The notes under the pieces are model-generated. The model was not told the origin of the DNA, made no database searches, and saw only the letters and a list, made by a program, of their open reading frames with translations. This document shows positions 9,425 through 18,758 of a DNA stretch of 64,000 nt, piece after piece. How positions within the stretch are numbered: the stretch's first letter is position 1; each line of letters opens with the position of its first letter. Made by a program: the position numbers and the translations under genes. Source of the DNA: Flavobacteriales bacterium (GTDB lineage Bacteria > Bacteroidota > Bacteroidia > Flavobacteriales_C > GCA-002722245); the NCBI GenBank assembly GCA_002722245.1, contig PBLA01000001.1, positions 22,292-86,291 on the forward strand. Reading direction: 5' to 3'.

Positions 9425-10822
9425 ATGGAATATGCAATCGTTGATATTGAAACAACTGGTGGATTTGGCGCTAAAAATAAGATTACTGAGATTGCAATTA
9501 TTATTCATAATGGGGTGAAAGAGCTTGAGCGTTATTCTACTTTAGTTGATCCACAAGCATTTATTCCAAAAAATATTACGGCGTTAACGGGCATTACAAA
9601 CGAAATGGTAGAAGGTGCACCTCCTTTTTATGAGGTAGCTAAAACGGTTTGGGAAATGACAGAGGGGAGAATTTTTGTAGCGCACAATGTGGGTTTTGAT
9701 TACAATATTATTCGGAATGAGTTTAGCGAATTGGGTGCAAAATTTCAACGTAAAAAACTTTGTACTGTGCGATTGGCAAAAAAAATCTTCCCTGGTAAAC
9801 CCTCTTATAGCCTTGGTAATTTGTGTGAAGGGTTGGGTATTCCATTAAAAAATAGGCACAGAGCGCTTGGAGATACAGAGGCAACAGCATTGCTTTTTAA
9901 AATGATGATTAGCATGAAAAGTGATGATGCTTTTCAAAAAGAATTAACTACGTTAAATAAGGAAGCAAAGCTACCTGCTAAGCTTGATGCGGACGTTTAT
10001 CATAGGCTACCTGAAGGGTGTGGCGTGTATTATTTTTACAACGAGAGTAAGGAAGTTATTTATGTTGGTAAAGCGAAGAATATAAAGAAGCGGGTTACGC
10101 AACATTTTACGGCTGTAGATTCTTCCACTCGAAAGAATAATATGATGCGTGACATTGCTGATGTTTCATATGAGCTTACGGGCTCTGAACTCGTTGCGCT
10201 TTTAAAAGAATCTGAGGAAATAAAAACAATTTCACCATTATTTAATCGAGCACAAAAACGCATTAGAATGAATGCGGGTATTATTCGTTATTTTGATCAA
10301 AATGGTTATTTAAGATTGGGGATTGATCGAAAATCAACGTTGAATGCGCCGTCTTTTTTAAAGTTCTCTTCTCAACAGGATGCGCGTAGCTTTTTACATC
10401 GTTTAGTGGACAAAGGGAATCTGTGTCAAAAGATGGTTGGGTTACAAACAGGTGAAGGGGGGTGTTTTGAAGTCCAATTGGGAATGTGTAATGGGGCTTG
10501 TATAAAAGAAGAATCTCCTGATGTATATAATGCAAGAGTGAGTAAGGCTTTGAAGAATGTTTCGCTTGCTGGCGATAGTTATTTAATTAAAGATGTTGGT
10601 CGTGATCGCGATGAGTTTTCAGCGATATGGATTCAGAATGGTGCTTATAAAGGATTTGGTTTTTTTAGTCATGATGTTCATGATCCTCAACTAATAAAAG
10701 AGGGTATTACTCAGGCAATGGATAATAGAGACGTTATTATGATTATTAAATCGTATTTATCACGGCATTCATTACCTATTATTCCTATTGAAAACACGAG
10801 GGAGAAAGGGGAGTTATTTTAG
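9425..10822 (+). CDS. DEDDh 3'-5' exonuclease (DnaQ-like) fused to GIY-YIG nuclease domain
   Basis: N-terminal Exo I/II/III motifs (AIVDIETTGG; FVAHNVGFDYNIIRNEF; HRALGDTEAT). C-terminal GIY-YIG motif GVYYFYNESKEVIYVGKAKNIKKRVTQHF. Confidence 0.75.
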   Translation: MEYAIVDIETTGGFGAKNKITEIAIIIHNGVKELERYSTLVDPQAFIPKNITALTGITNEMVEGAPPFYEVAKTVWEMTEGRIFVAHNVGFDYNIIRNEFSELGAKFQRKKLCTVRLAKKIFPGKPSYSLGNLCEGLGIPLKNRHRALGDTEATALLFKMMISMKSDDAFQKELTTLNKEAKLPAKLDADVYHRLPEGCGVYYFYNESKEVIYVGKAKNIKKRVTQHFTAVDSSTRKNNMMRDIADVSYELTGSELVALLKESEEIKTISPLFNRAQKRIRMNAGIIRYFDQNGYLRLGIDRKSTLNAPSFLKFSSQQDARSFLHRLVDKGNLCQKMVGLQTGEGGCFEVQLGMCNGACIKEESPDVYNARVSKALKNVSLAGDSYLIKDVGRDRDEFSAIWIQNGAYKGFGFFSHDVHDPQLIKEGITQAMDNRDVIMIIKSYLSRHSLPIIPIENTREKGELF

Positions 10823-11710
10823 TGTTATGTGGCTTATAATGTCCTCTATTTGCTGCGGAGTAAACCATGTTATTTCTTTATTTCGCTTAAAAAAAGTCAG
10901 TTGTCTTTTGGCAAATCTTCGTGTGTTTTGTTTTACTAGTTCAATGGCCTTTTGAGTGTTTTGGGGATTTTGGTAAAACTCTTGGTAACCCACAGTTTTT
11001 AAACAGGTTAAATCTTTGTTTGATTCAAGGGCACGAACTTCGTCCAGTAAGCCATTTTTAATCATTACATCAACTCTCTGGTTGATGTTTTTATATACTT
11101 CGGCTCGATCAAGGTTCAATCCAATCCATGTGATATTAAATGGCCGTATCTTTTTCTGAAGATTTCTAAAGGTGGAATAGGGCTGACCAGAGACTCTGTA
11201 GGTTTCAAGTGCGCGTATGACTCTATGTGGATTTTGTTGGTCTACCTGCTCAAAATAGATCGGATCAACTTTTTTAAGTTCAGTTTGTAAAACTTGAAGC
11301 CCTTCTGTTTTCCATATTTGAATCAATTGATCTCGAACGTCTGGGTTACAGGGAATGTCATCTAATCCATAACAAACTGCATTCACAAATAACCCGCTTC
11401 CACCTACGAGAATAGCTTTGTTTTGAGTTTGAAAGATGTTTTCAAGTTTTTGTATGGCTTCTTTTTCAAAATCACCTGCGGTATAGTTTTGTTGGATGGA
11501 TAAGTGATTTATAAAATGATGAGGGACACCTTCCATCTCTTGGGATGTAGGTTTGGCAGTGCCTATGGCCATTTCTTGGTAAAACTGTCTGGAGTCTGCG
11601 CTAAGTATTTCGCAATTAAAATGCTTGGCGATTTTGATACTAAGTGCAGTTTTCCCTATAGCCGTAGGGCCTACAATAACAATAAGTTGTTTCTCCGGAT
11701 TGGTGGACAA
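10814..11710 (-). CDS. miaA: tRNA dimethylallyltransferase
   Basis: P-loop LIVIVGPTAIGKTALSIKIAK and the SADSRQFYQEMAIGTAKP motif. About 298 aa. Confidence 0.9.
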   Translation of the reverse strand: MSTNPEKQLIVIVGPTAIGKTALSIKIAKHFNCEILSADSRQFYQEMAIGTAKPTSQEMEGVPHHFINHLSIQQNYTAGDFEKEAIQKLENIFQTQNKAILVGGSGLFVNAVCYGLDDIPCNPDVRDQLIQIWKTEGLQVLQTELKKVDPIYFEQVDQQNPHRVIRALETYRVSGQPYSTFRNLQKKIRPFNITWIGLNLDRAEVYKNINQRVDVMIKNGLLDEVRALESNKDLTCLKTVGYQEFYQNPQNTQKAIELVKQNTRRFAKRQLTFFKRNKEITWFTPQQIEDIISHITLK

Positions 11711-11713
11711 GAT

Positions 11714-12244
11714 TTAAATATCTAGGTCATCAATATTTTCAAAGGTTGGTTCATCGTCCTCATCTTCATTGAGAAGAGCATCAGATGGTTCTTCTAAATC
11801 ATCAAATGTGATATCGGACAACTGGTTGACCTCTGGGGAATAACTTCCAACTTCTGCTAAGAGAACAGGTACGTCTTCTTTGATTTCTGTATTTTCTCCT
11901 ATTCGTTCAATTTTAAATTTTTTGGGAAATAAGAAATCATAGGTGAATTTGTAATATTTAACATCTTGTTCAACAGATTGTGCAATTGTGAATTCCTGCA
12001 TAAGGATATTTACTGATTCATGCTCCATCGTACCCATATCCATTAGGGTTATTTCTAAACCTTCTTCCCAGTTTTCTGTACACGTGTAAAAGCTTGCCAT
12101 TTCACCTTCTTGAAGTCCGTAGGCATCCAAAATCGCAAAGTGAAAATCTTCTAAGGTTTTGTCTTCCTGAATTAAGATGTCTCTGTAGATTTCTTCTTCG
12201 TTGCCTTCAATATTGGGTGAAATTCTGTAAACAAATGCTTTCAT
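11714..12244 (-). CDS. pRiA4b ORF-3-like (IS-passenger TnpR-like) family protein
   Basis: TLEDFHFAILDAYGLQEGEMASFY resembles the LxDLHxxIQxAFGWxxxHLHxF core of the PRiA4_ORF3 domain. It has an acidic C-terminal tail. The assignment is tentative. Confidence 0.4.
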   Translation of the reverse strand: MKAFVYRISPNIEGNEEEIYRDILIQEDKTLEDFHFAILDAYGLQEGEMASFYTCTENWEEGLEITLMDMGTMEHESVNILMQEFTIAQSVEQDVKYYKFTYDFLFPKKFKIERIGENTEIKEDVPVLLAEVGSYSPEVNQLSDITFDDLEEPSDALLNEDEDDEPTFENIDDLDI

Positions 12245-12284
12245 GGGTTGTCTTTAAACTATTAATGTAACAAATATGCAGATT

Positions 12285-13703
12285 TTAGTTGATTTTCTTC
12301 ACTAAAGTGAGTCCAATTTCTTGTCCTTTTTTTTCCATGAACGCAATAGCTGCTTTTCGTTCATTGGGTATGTGCCCCTCTAAGATGGCTTCTTTTATGG
12401 CTTCTTTAATTTCACCAATTTTAGGAGAGGGGTTTAAATCAAAGGCCTCAATAATTTCTTTTCCGTCAACAGGAGGTTGAAAATTTCTAATTTGATCTCG
12501 TTCTTCAACGTCTTTGAGTTTTTGTCGAACCAATTGGAAGTTGTTCAGGTATTTTGCAACCTTTTGTTTGTTTTTTGAAGTGATATCAGCTTCACAGAGG
12601 GTCATTAAGTCGTCTACGTCATTTCCTGCGTCAAAAAGGAGTCTTCTCACGGCTGAGTCCGTAACTACTTCTTGAGCAAGTACAATTGGCCGCAAATGAA
12701 GGTTTACCAGTTTTTGAACAAATTTCATTTTCTGGTCCAATGGTAGCTTTAATCGTTTAAATATTTTCGGCACCCACTTGGCTCCCAAAGGTTCATGGCC
12801 ATGGAAGGTCCACCCTGCTTTTTTATCAAATCTTTGGGTGGCCGGTTTAGCGATGTCGTGCAATAATGCAGCCCATCTTAACCATAAATTATTGGTGTTT
12901 ACACTGATATTATCGACTACCTGTAGGGTGTGGTAAAAATTATCTTTATGTTTTTGACCGTTCATTTCTTTTACTCCCTGAAGTTTTACCATTTCAGGAA
13001 AGAATTGATGAAGTAATTTCGTGTTGAACAGGAGCTTTAAGCCAACCGAGGGGACAGGGGCAAGCATAATTTTATTAAACTCATCCATAATCCGCTCTAC
13101 TGATACAATTTTAAGTCGCTCTGCATTTTGCTGAATGGCTTCAAACGACTTTTCTTCAATTGTAAAACCTAATTGTGTGGCAAATCGAATGGCTCGCATC
13201 ATTCTTAAAGGATCGTCGCTGTATGTGATAGAAGGATCTAATGGTGTGATTAGTCGTTTATCCTTCATATCTTTTAAGCCACCAAAAGGATCAATAAGTT
13301 TCCCGTAATTTGCCTTTTCTAAACTTAATGCCAAGGCATTAATAGTGAAGTCTCTTCGTTCTTGATCTTCTTCAAGAGAGCCGTCTTCAACAATAGGTTT
13401 TCGAGAATCGCGCGTGTATGATTCTTTACGGGCTCCTACAAATTCAATTTCCAATCCTTTGTAATTAAAGGCTGCTGTTCCAAAGGATTTGAAAACAGCA
13501 ACTTTTGGATTTCCTACTTTTTTAGCTGCAGCTAACGCTAATTCGATGCCTTTTCCTTCTACGACAATATCAATGTCCTTTGATGGTCTTTTCAGGTAAA
13601 GATCTCTCACGTATCCACCAATTACAAATGCTCTCACATTAAGTTCGGCGGCTGTTTCAGAAATAATTTCAAAAATTTTATGTTTCAGCAAATCTTTACT
13701 CAA
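12285..13703 (-). CDS. cca: CCA tRNA nucleotidyltransferase / poly(A) polymerase family with HD domain
   Basis: Pol-beta nucleotidyltransferase motif [12 protein letters not shown]...DIDIVVEG, followed by HD-domain region (HD motif ALLHDIAKP). Confidence 0.8.
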   Translation of the reverse strand: MSKDLLKHKIFEIISETAAELNVRAFVIGGYVRDLYLKRPSKDIDIVVEGKGIELALAAAKKVGNPKVAVFKSFGTAAFNYKGLEIEFVGARKESYTRDSRKPIVEDGSLEEDQERRDFTINALALSLEKANYGKLIDPFGGLKDMKDKRLITPLDPSITYSDDPLRMMRAIRFATQLGFTIEEKSFEAIQQNAERLKIVSVERIMDEFNKIMLAPVPSVGLKLLFNTKLLHQFFPEMVKLQGVKEMNGQKHKDNFYHTLQVVDNISVNTNNLWLRWAALLHDIAKPATQRFDKKAGWTFHGHEPLGAKWVPKIFKRLKLPLDQKMKFVQKLVNLHLRPIVLAQEVVTDSAVRRLLFDAGNDVDDLMTLCEADITSKNKQKVAKYLNNFQLVRQKLKDVEERDQIRNFQPPVDGKEIIEAFDLNPSPKIGEIKEAIKEAILEGHIPNERKAAIAFMEKKGQEIGLTLVKKIN

Positions 13704-14261
13704 TTAAGGTCGGATTATTTCTACTTCATCACCATTTAGTTTTACAATCCTTGATGGTGTACTTGTAGGAGTGTAGTCGGTTTGCAAATTTAAGGCATAA
13801 TCTATAGCCTCCAAAATAGCAGGAGAAAGTTCTTCATAGGTTTGTGCTGCAGGGGATCCACTGATATTCGCTGAAGTGGATACGATGGGCGCTCCAAATT
13901 GCGTGATTAATGTCTTAATTTGAGGGTGCCCTGTTATTCTAAAAGCTAAACTATGATCATCTGCGAGAAGTGAAGGGGGTAAACCTTTAATGTTTGAGAA
14001 AATCACAGTTGTGGGGCGATCCGATAAAAGCCATTCTCTTTGCTTTTTATTGATCACGCCAACATAGTGTTCCAGCATTTCAATGGAGTCTACTAAAACG
14101 ATAAATGATTTGTTAGATGGTCTATTTTTTATGGTGTAAATACGTTCAATTTGCGCCTCACTTAAAGCAGAACAGCTTAAACCCCATACTGTTTCTGTAG
14201 GCGTTGCTATTACTCCAGGTTTTTTTAGATGGTATAGTGCTTCTTGGATTTTTTTTTCCAT
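13704..14261 (-). CDS. tsaC: L-threonylcarbamoyladenylate synthase (YrdC/Sua5 domain)
   Basis: IATPTETVWGLSC and the ...NRPSNKSFIVLV motif. About 185 aa with a YrdC fold signature. Confidence 0.8.
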   Translation of the reverse strand: MEKKIQEALYHLKKPGVIATPTETVWGLSCSALSEAQIERIYTIKNRPSNKSFIVLVDSIEMLEHYVGVINKKQREWLLSDRPTTVIFSNIKGLPPSLLADDHSLAFRITGHPQIKTLITQFGAPIVSTSANISGSPAAQTYEELSPAILEAIDYALNLQTDYTPTSTPSRIVKLNGDEVEIIRP

Positions 14262-14347
14262 GACCCAAATTTACAATAGTTATATAGAATTTAAAGTTTG
14301 TTTTTTTTAGGTGTTAAAACAATTCCTATTTTTATTTTATTTCAATT

Positions 14348-14722
14348 ATGTTGAAGCGTTTATTTTTAATTAGCATCTTATCTGTTTTTCTTTTTGGATG
14401 CAAAAAAGATGAGAGGTTAGAGGAGTATCTTTTTAAGTCATGGACATTGCATTGGAAGCAGTGTGGTTTGTATTACAATAGATATAATGCTCAACTAACT
14501 TTTACTGAAACTGATACTACAAATTTTGGCATTTATTCGGAGCAGGGTTATAATGATGTTACGTTTGATTTTACTATACTAAGTGATCAGGAGGTTCTCT
14601 TATATAATGCTACTGATGATCAGTGGGATGGGGTGCTCAACATTCATTCTTTCGGAAATAATAGATTGGAGATTTCAAGACCCAAAAAAGGATGCGAAAA
14701 TGAATTGTTTCAATTTAATTAG
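14348..14722 (+). CDS. hypothetical lipoprotein
   Basis: Signal peptide with lipobox (LFLISILSVFLFGC). No recognisable domain. Confidence 0.4.
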   Translation: MLKRLFLISILSVFLFGCKKDERLEEYLFKSWTLHWKQCGLYYNRYNAQLTFTETDTTNFGIYSEQGYNDVTFDFTILSDQEVLLYNATDDQWDGVLNIHSFGNNRLEISRPKKGCENELFQFN

Positions 14723-14742
14723 TTTGGAATGGTTTTTGTTCC

Positions 14743-15345
14743 TTGAGTAACATGAGGTATTTAGTCATTTTTTTTCTGGTGTTCACTTTTTCGCTTTCTG
14801 CTCAAAGTGAGCAGGATCAAGCGGTGTTTAAACATAAGGTGTGGAGAGTGGTTGATGTTTCGAATACGAAACAGAGTTTTTTTGATGAACAAGATAAGTA
14901 TTTAGGGAGTAGAGAGGTGTTTGCCACTCAAACCATATACAAGGACAAATGGAAACGGACAATCAAGGTAATCCAAACAGCCACAGTAAATCAACCTCCT
15001 GTAGAAAAGATCAAAAGAAATAGCAGGAAGGAGGATGTTAATGTTCGCAGAGCAAACCAGGTTATTGTTCGAAGAAATAAAGCGTGGTTTTATGATGAAA
15101 ATGGAAAGGTAACGCGAACTGCGAAAAGAAGAGGGCGAAAAGTGTTTTTTCATCAATCGGACGGGAAGCTAATTGGATATAAAGTATATAGAAGAGATGG
15201 TTCTAAAATTTACAAGGATGCTCGTGGAAGGACAACAGGGAGCAGTCATATTGATAAATCAGGAAGGTTGATTTACAGAGCAAAAAACAGGAGGTTGAGA
15301 ACACCAAGAGTTTTATTTGAGGATCCGTTCTTATACTCTCGATAA
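14743..15345 (+). CDS. small basic secreted protein with YD/Rhs-like repeats
   Basis: Signal peptide (MRYLVIFFLVFTFSLSAQ). The C-terminal half carries repeated (Y/R)D-x-x-G-(K/R)-hydrophobic units (FYDENGKVTRT; HQSDGKLIGYKVY; RRDGSKIYKDARGRTTG; DKSGRLIYRA). It is very basic. Confidence 0.4.
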   Translation: MSNMRYLVIFFLVFTFSLSAQSEQDQAVFKHKVWRVVDVSNTKQSFFDEQDKYLGSREVFATQTIYKDKWKRTIKVIQTATVNQPPVEKIKRNSRKEDVNVRRANQVIVRRNKAWFYDENGKVTRTAKRRGRKVFFHQSDGKLIGYKVYRRDGSKIYKDARGRTTGSSHIDKSGRLIYRAKNRRLRTPRVLFEDPFLYSR

Positions 15346-15376
15346 GAGTACTGTTGATGTAGGTATTCTAGTGTAT

Positions 15377-16960
15377 TTAAAATTCACTGGTGAAGTGAAA
15401 CTCAATATCGGTATACTTCTCCTGTGCTAAATCAAGTGCATATCTCGAATCTGCTAAGAAAACATCTCTTCCGTCCTTATCTTTCGCAAGGTTATGAAGT
15501 TTTCGCAATTTAAAGTCTTTTAATTGTTCTTCGTTTTCACTAGTAAACCAACATGCTTTAAATAAGTTGATTGGTTCGTAACGACATTTAGCATTGTATT
15601 CGTGCTCTAAACGGTATTGAATAACTTCATACTGAAGTTGACCAACTGTCCCAATGATTTTACGGTTGTTGTCTACTTTCGTAAATAACTGAGCAACACC
15701 TTCATCCATTAATTGGTCAACACCTTTATTGAGTTGTTTTGTTTTTAATGGATCAGCGTTTTCAATGTATTTGAACTGTTCTGGAGAGAAAGACGGAATT
15801 CCGCTGAACATAAACTTTTCTCCTTCGGTTAAAGTATCTCCAATTTTGAAGTTTCCTGAATCGTATAAACCAACGATGTCACCTGCGTAAGAATCTTCAA
15901 CTACTTCTTTCTTTGAAGCCATGAAAGCTGTTGGGTTTGAGAATTTTAACTTTTTGTTGTTTCTTACATGAAGGTAATTTGTGTTTCTTGAGAATTTACC
16001 TGAAACTATCTTTACGAAAGCAATTCTATCACGGTGTTTAGGATCCATGTTTGCATGAATTTTAAACACAAAACCAGAGAACTTTTCGTCGTATGGAGAG
16101 ATCTCTCTGATGTCCGATTCTTTTGGTTGTGGCTTAGGAGCGATCCTAACGAAACAGTCCAATAATTCCTGAACCCCAAAGTTATTTAAAGCAGAGCCAA
16201 AGAACACAGGAGAAACCTTTCCTTCAAGGTATTTCTCATTGGTGTATTCAGGATAAACCGTTTCAATGAGCTCTAACTCTTCTCTTAATGTTCCAGCAGC
16301 ATCAGATCCAACGATATCATCTAATTCACTTGATTCAATATCATTAACAGAAACAACATCACTCACATGCTGTTTATTTTCAGAAGAAAATAGGTTTAAT
16401 CCCTTTTCATAGATATTATAAACGCCTTGAAAGTCATCTCCTTGACCTATCGGCCAAGATAAAGGATGAACATTAATTCCTAATTTCTGCTCAACTTCAT
16501 CTAGTAAATCAAACGCATCTTTTCCATAACGATCCAATTTATTAATGAAAACAATGATAGGGGTATCGCGCATTTTACATACCTCAACCAGTTTTTCAGT
16601 TTGCGCTTCAACACCTTTTGCTACATCAATAACTACTATAACCGAATCAGCAGCTGTAAGGGTCCGATAGGTGTCTTCTGCAAAATCTTTGTGACCAGGG
16701 GTGTCCAAGATATTTATTTTTAAACCTTGGTAACCAAATCCCATTACGGAAGTAGCAACAGATATTCCTCTTTGCTTTTCAATCTCCATAAAATCGGAAG
16801 TAGCTGATTTTTTAATTTTATTAGATTTTACAGCACCTGCAGTTTGAATGGCACCTCCAAAAAGAAGAAGTTTTTCCGTTAAGGTTGTTTTACCAGCATC
16901 TGGGTGAGAAACAATAGCAAACGTTCTCCTTAAATCGATTTCTTCTTGCAGTTTAGACAT
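15377..16960 (-). CDS. prfC: peptide chain release factor 3
   Basis: [30 protein letters not shown]1 motif with a DTPGH switch region. 527 aa. Confidence 0.92.
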   Translation of the reverse strand: MSKLQEEIDLRRTFAIVSHPDAGKTTLTEKLLLFGGAIQTAGAVKSNKIKKSATSDFMEIEKQRGISVATSVMGFGYQGLKINILDTPGHKDFAEDTYRTLTAADSVIVVIDVAKGVEAQTEKLVEVCKMRDTPIIVFINKLDRYGKDAFDLLDEVEQKLGINVHPLSWPIGQGDDFQGVYNIYEKGLNLFSSENKQHVSDVVSVNDIESSELDDIVGSDAAGTLREELELIETVYPEYTNEKYLEGKVSPVFFGSALNNFGVQELLDCFVRIAPKPQPKESDIREISPYDEKFSGFVFKIHANMDPKHRDRIAFVKIVSGKFSRNTNYLHVRNNKKLKFSNPTAFMASKKEVVEDSYAGDIVGLYDSGNFKIGDTLTEGEKFMFSGIPSFSPEQFKYIENADPLKTKQLNKGVDQLMDEGVAQLFTKVDNNRKIIGTVGQLQYEVIQYRLEHEYNAKCRYEPINLFKACWFTSENEEQLKDFKLRKLHNLAKDKDGRDVFLADSRYALDLAQEKYTDIEFHFTSEF

Positions 16961-17077
16961 GTCAACTAATTTTGAGGTGCAAAGTTAACCATTTGTTGTG
17001 AGGGGAGCGAAGAAATGGGTGGTACTCTTTTTGAAAATAAAGGGTTTCTACCCGTAAATTATATATAGTTTTGTGCT

Positions 17078-17707
17078 ATGAAAAAGGCAGATAAGGTTGC
17101 TGAAATTATTTCGATTTTACAAAAGGAGTTTCCAGATACTCCTGTTCCCTTAGATCATAAGGATGAATATACGTTATTGATTGCTGTTTTATTGTCTGCG
17201 CAATGTACTGATGAGCGCGTGAATAAAATTACACCCTTGTTATTTGAAAAAGCAGATAATCCTATGGATATGCTGCAATTAACTGTGGATGAAATTCGCG
17301 AAATTATAAAGCCTTGTGGTTTATCTCCACGAAAGTCTAAAGCTATTTACGACTTGTCTCAAATCCTAATGGATGAACATGGAGGACAAGTTCCGGCTTC
17401 TTTTGAATCATTAGAGGCTTTACCTGGGGTTGGGCATAAAACAGCTTCAGTAGTTATGGCTCAAGCATTTAATGTTCCTGCGTTTCCAGTGGATACCCAT
17501 ATTCATCGATTGATGTATCGTTGGGGATTGAGTAATGGGAAAAATGTGGAACAAACAGAAAAGGATGCCAAGCGTTTGTTTCCAAAGGAAATTTGGAATG
17601 ATCTTCATTTACAAATTATATTCTTCGGAAGAAAATATTGTCCAGCAAGAGGACATAAGGTTGAGGCGTGTCCTATATGCTCGAAGCATGGTAGAAAAGG
17701 TATTTAA
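17078..17707 (+). CDS. nth: endonuclease III
   Basis: HhH-GPD motif (LPGVGHKTASVVM) and PVDTHIHRL. C-terminal 4Fe-4S cluster cysteines CPARGHKVEACPIC. Confidence 0.85.
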   Translation: MKKADKVAEIISILQKEFPDTPVPLDHKDEYTLLIAVLLSAQCTDERVNKITPLLFEKADNPMDMLQLTVDEIREIIKPCGLSPRKSKAIYDLSQILMDEHGGQVPASFESLEALPGVGHKTASVVMAQAFNVPAFPVDTHIHRLMYRWGLSNGKNVEQTEKDAKRLFPKEIWNDLHLQIIFFGRKYCPARGHKVEACPICSKHGRKGI

Positions 17708-17719
17708 TTTTTACCACAA

Positions 17720-18727
17720 TTATTCGTGTCCTCTTTTTAGGGAAAATAATGATTTTACTGTAACAATGTTAAGAGGGAATTCAAGTAGAACGTGTAAAAA
17801 GCTAAGGAAAAATAATACGGTGAATCCTAGCTTATAATCAAGGAAATAGAGTAGAATAGAAATTAGCCAGAAACCAATAATGATATAGGCTTTTTTTCCT
17901 TTAAGTGTTTTTTGCCAACCAATAATGGAGGTTTTTGAGAACCAGTTTAGATAATGGTATGTGTAGGCAAATGAAATGAATATTTGAACTTTTATGGCTA
18001 TTGAAAATATGTTCCTTTTTTCGGGGCTAAACCATTCGGTTAGGATTGAACTTACCCCAATCATATTGGTGGCGGTAAAATTGCTTTGCACTTCTTTTGA
18101 AACGATTAGTGGTTGTGATGGAATATTAAGCGTGGAAATTATAAATGGAACTAACGCAATAAGAATAGAGAGGTAATAGCCCGGTTTACTTTTTGACTTT
18201 CGAGCTCCAAATAAAACGAAAAGCAAGGTAAATATATACACATGAACTACCGTGGGAATTAAAAACCCTAATAGATTGAAAAAATTAGGCTTTAGTTGAT
18301 CAAAAAGAAAAATAAGACCAATAATGGGTAGTAAAGAAAAAACTCTGAATATTGTTTTTTTAACCGAAACAAGAATTACAGAAAAAAGAAGAGCCCCTGT
18401 AATTAATCGGGATCCAATAATATTCGCGAGGTGTATTTCTTGGGAGATTTGAGTGTTTAATAAGTCATCAATGTACCTTGATATAGGAAAAATGGAAATT
18501 ACTAGGCAGCATGTGATAAAAAAGTATATCCAGTGCTTGGACCGTTTAAAAAAGTAATCTTTTTTGTTTAGCCAGTTAATTTCCGTGAGGTAGTGAAGCG
18601 GACCTAAAATTGCATAGGAGAACAGAAAAAGTTCAAATGGGACTTTTATAGCAATAGCCAATGATACAAAAACCAGGAGGATGTTTATTCGGTCAATGTT
18701 TTTTGGATCATTTAAACTTAATGCCAT
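17720..18727 (-). CDS. polytopic membrane protein of unknown function
   Basis: Eight to ten hydrophobic helices with several His residues in them. No family recognised. Confidence 0.4.
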   Translation of the reverse strand: MALSLNDPKNIDRINILLVFVSLAIAIKVPFELFLFSYAILGPLHYLTEINWLNKKDYFFKRSKHWIYFFITCCLVISIFPISRYIDDLLNTQISQEIHLANIIGSRLITGALLFSVILVSVKKTIFRVFSLLPIIGLIFLFDQLKPNFFNLLGFLIPTVVHVYIFTLLFVLFGARKSKSKPGYYLSILIALVPFIISTLNIPSQPLIVSKEVQSNFTATNMIGVSSILTEWFSPEKRNIFSIAIKVQIFISFAYTYHYLNWFSKTSIIGWQKTLKGKKAYIIIGFWLISILLYFLDYKLGFTVLFFLSFLHVLLEFPLNIVTVKSLFSLKRGHE

Positions 18728-18758
18728 AATGTAAATCCGTTATTTGATTTTAGTCCTG

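Noticed and set aside
17720-18727. His-rich polytopic membrane protein considered as a candidate Brp/Blh beta-carotene dioxygenase that could supply retinal to the rhodopsin.
   Set aside because: At 335 aa it is longer than typical Blh. The His residues do not fall in the HxxxH arrangement I recall for Blh. It lies 30 kb from PR in a housekeeping context. It is kept only as an unassigned membrane protein.
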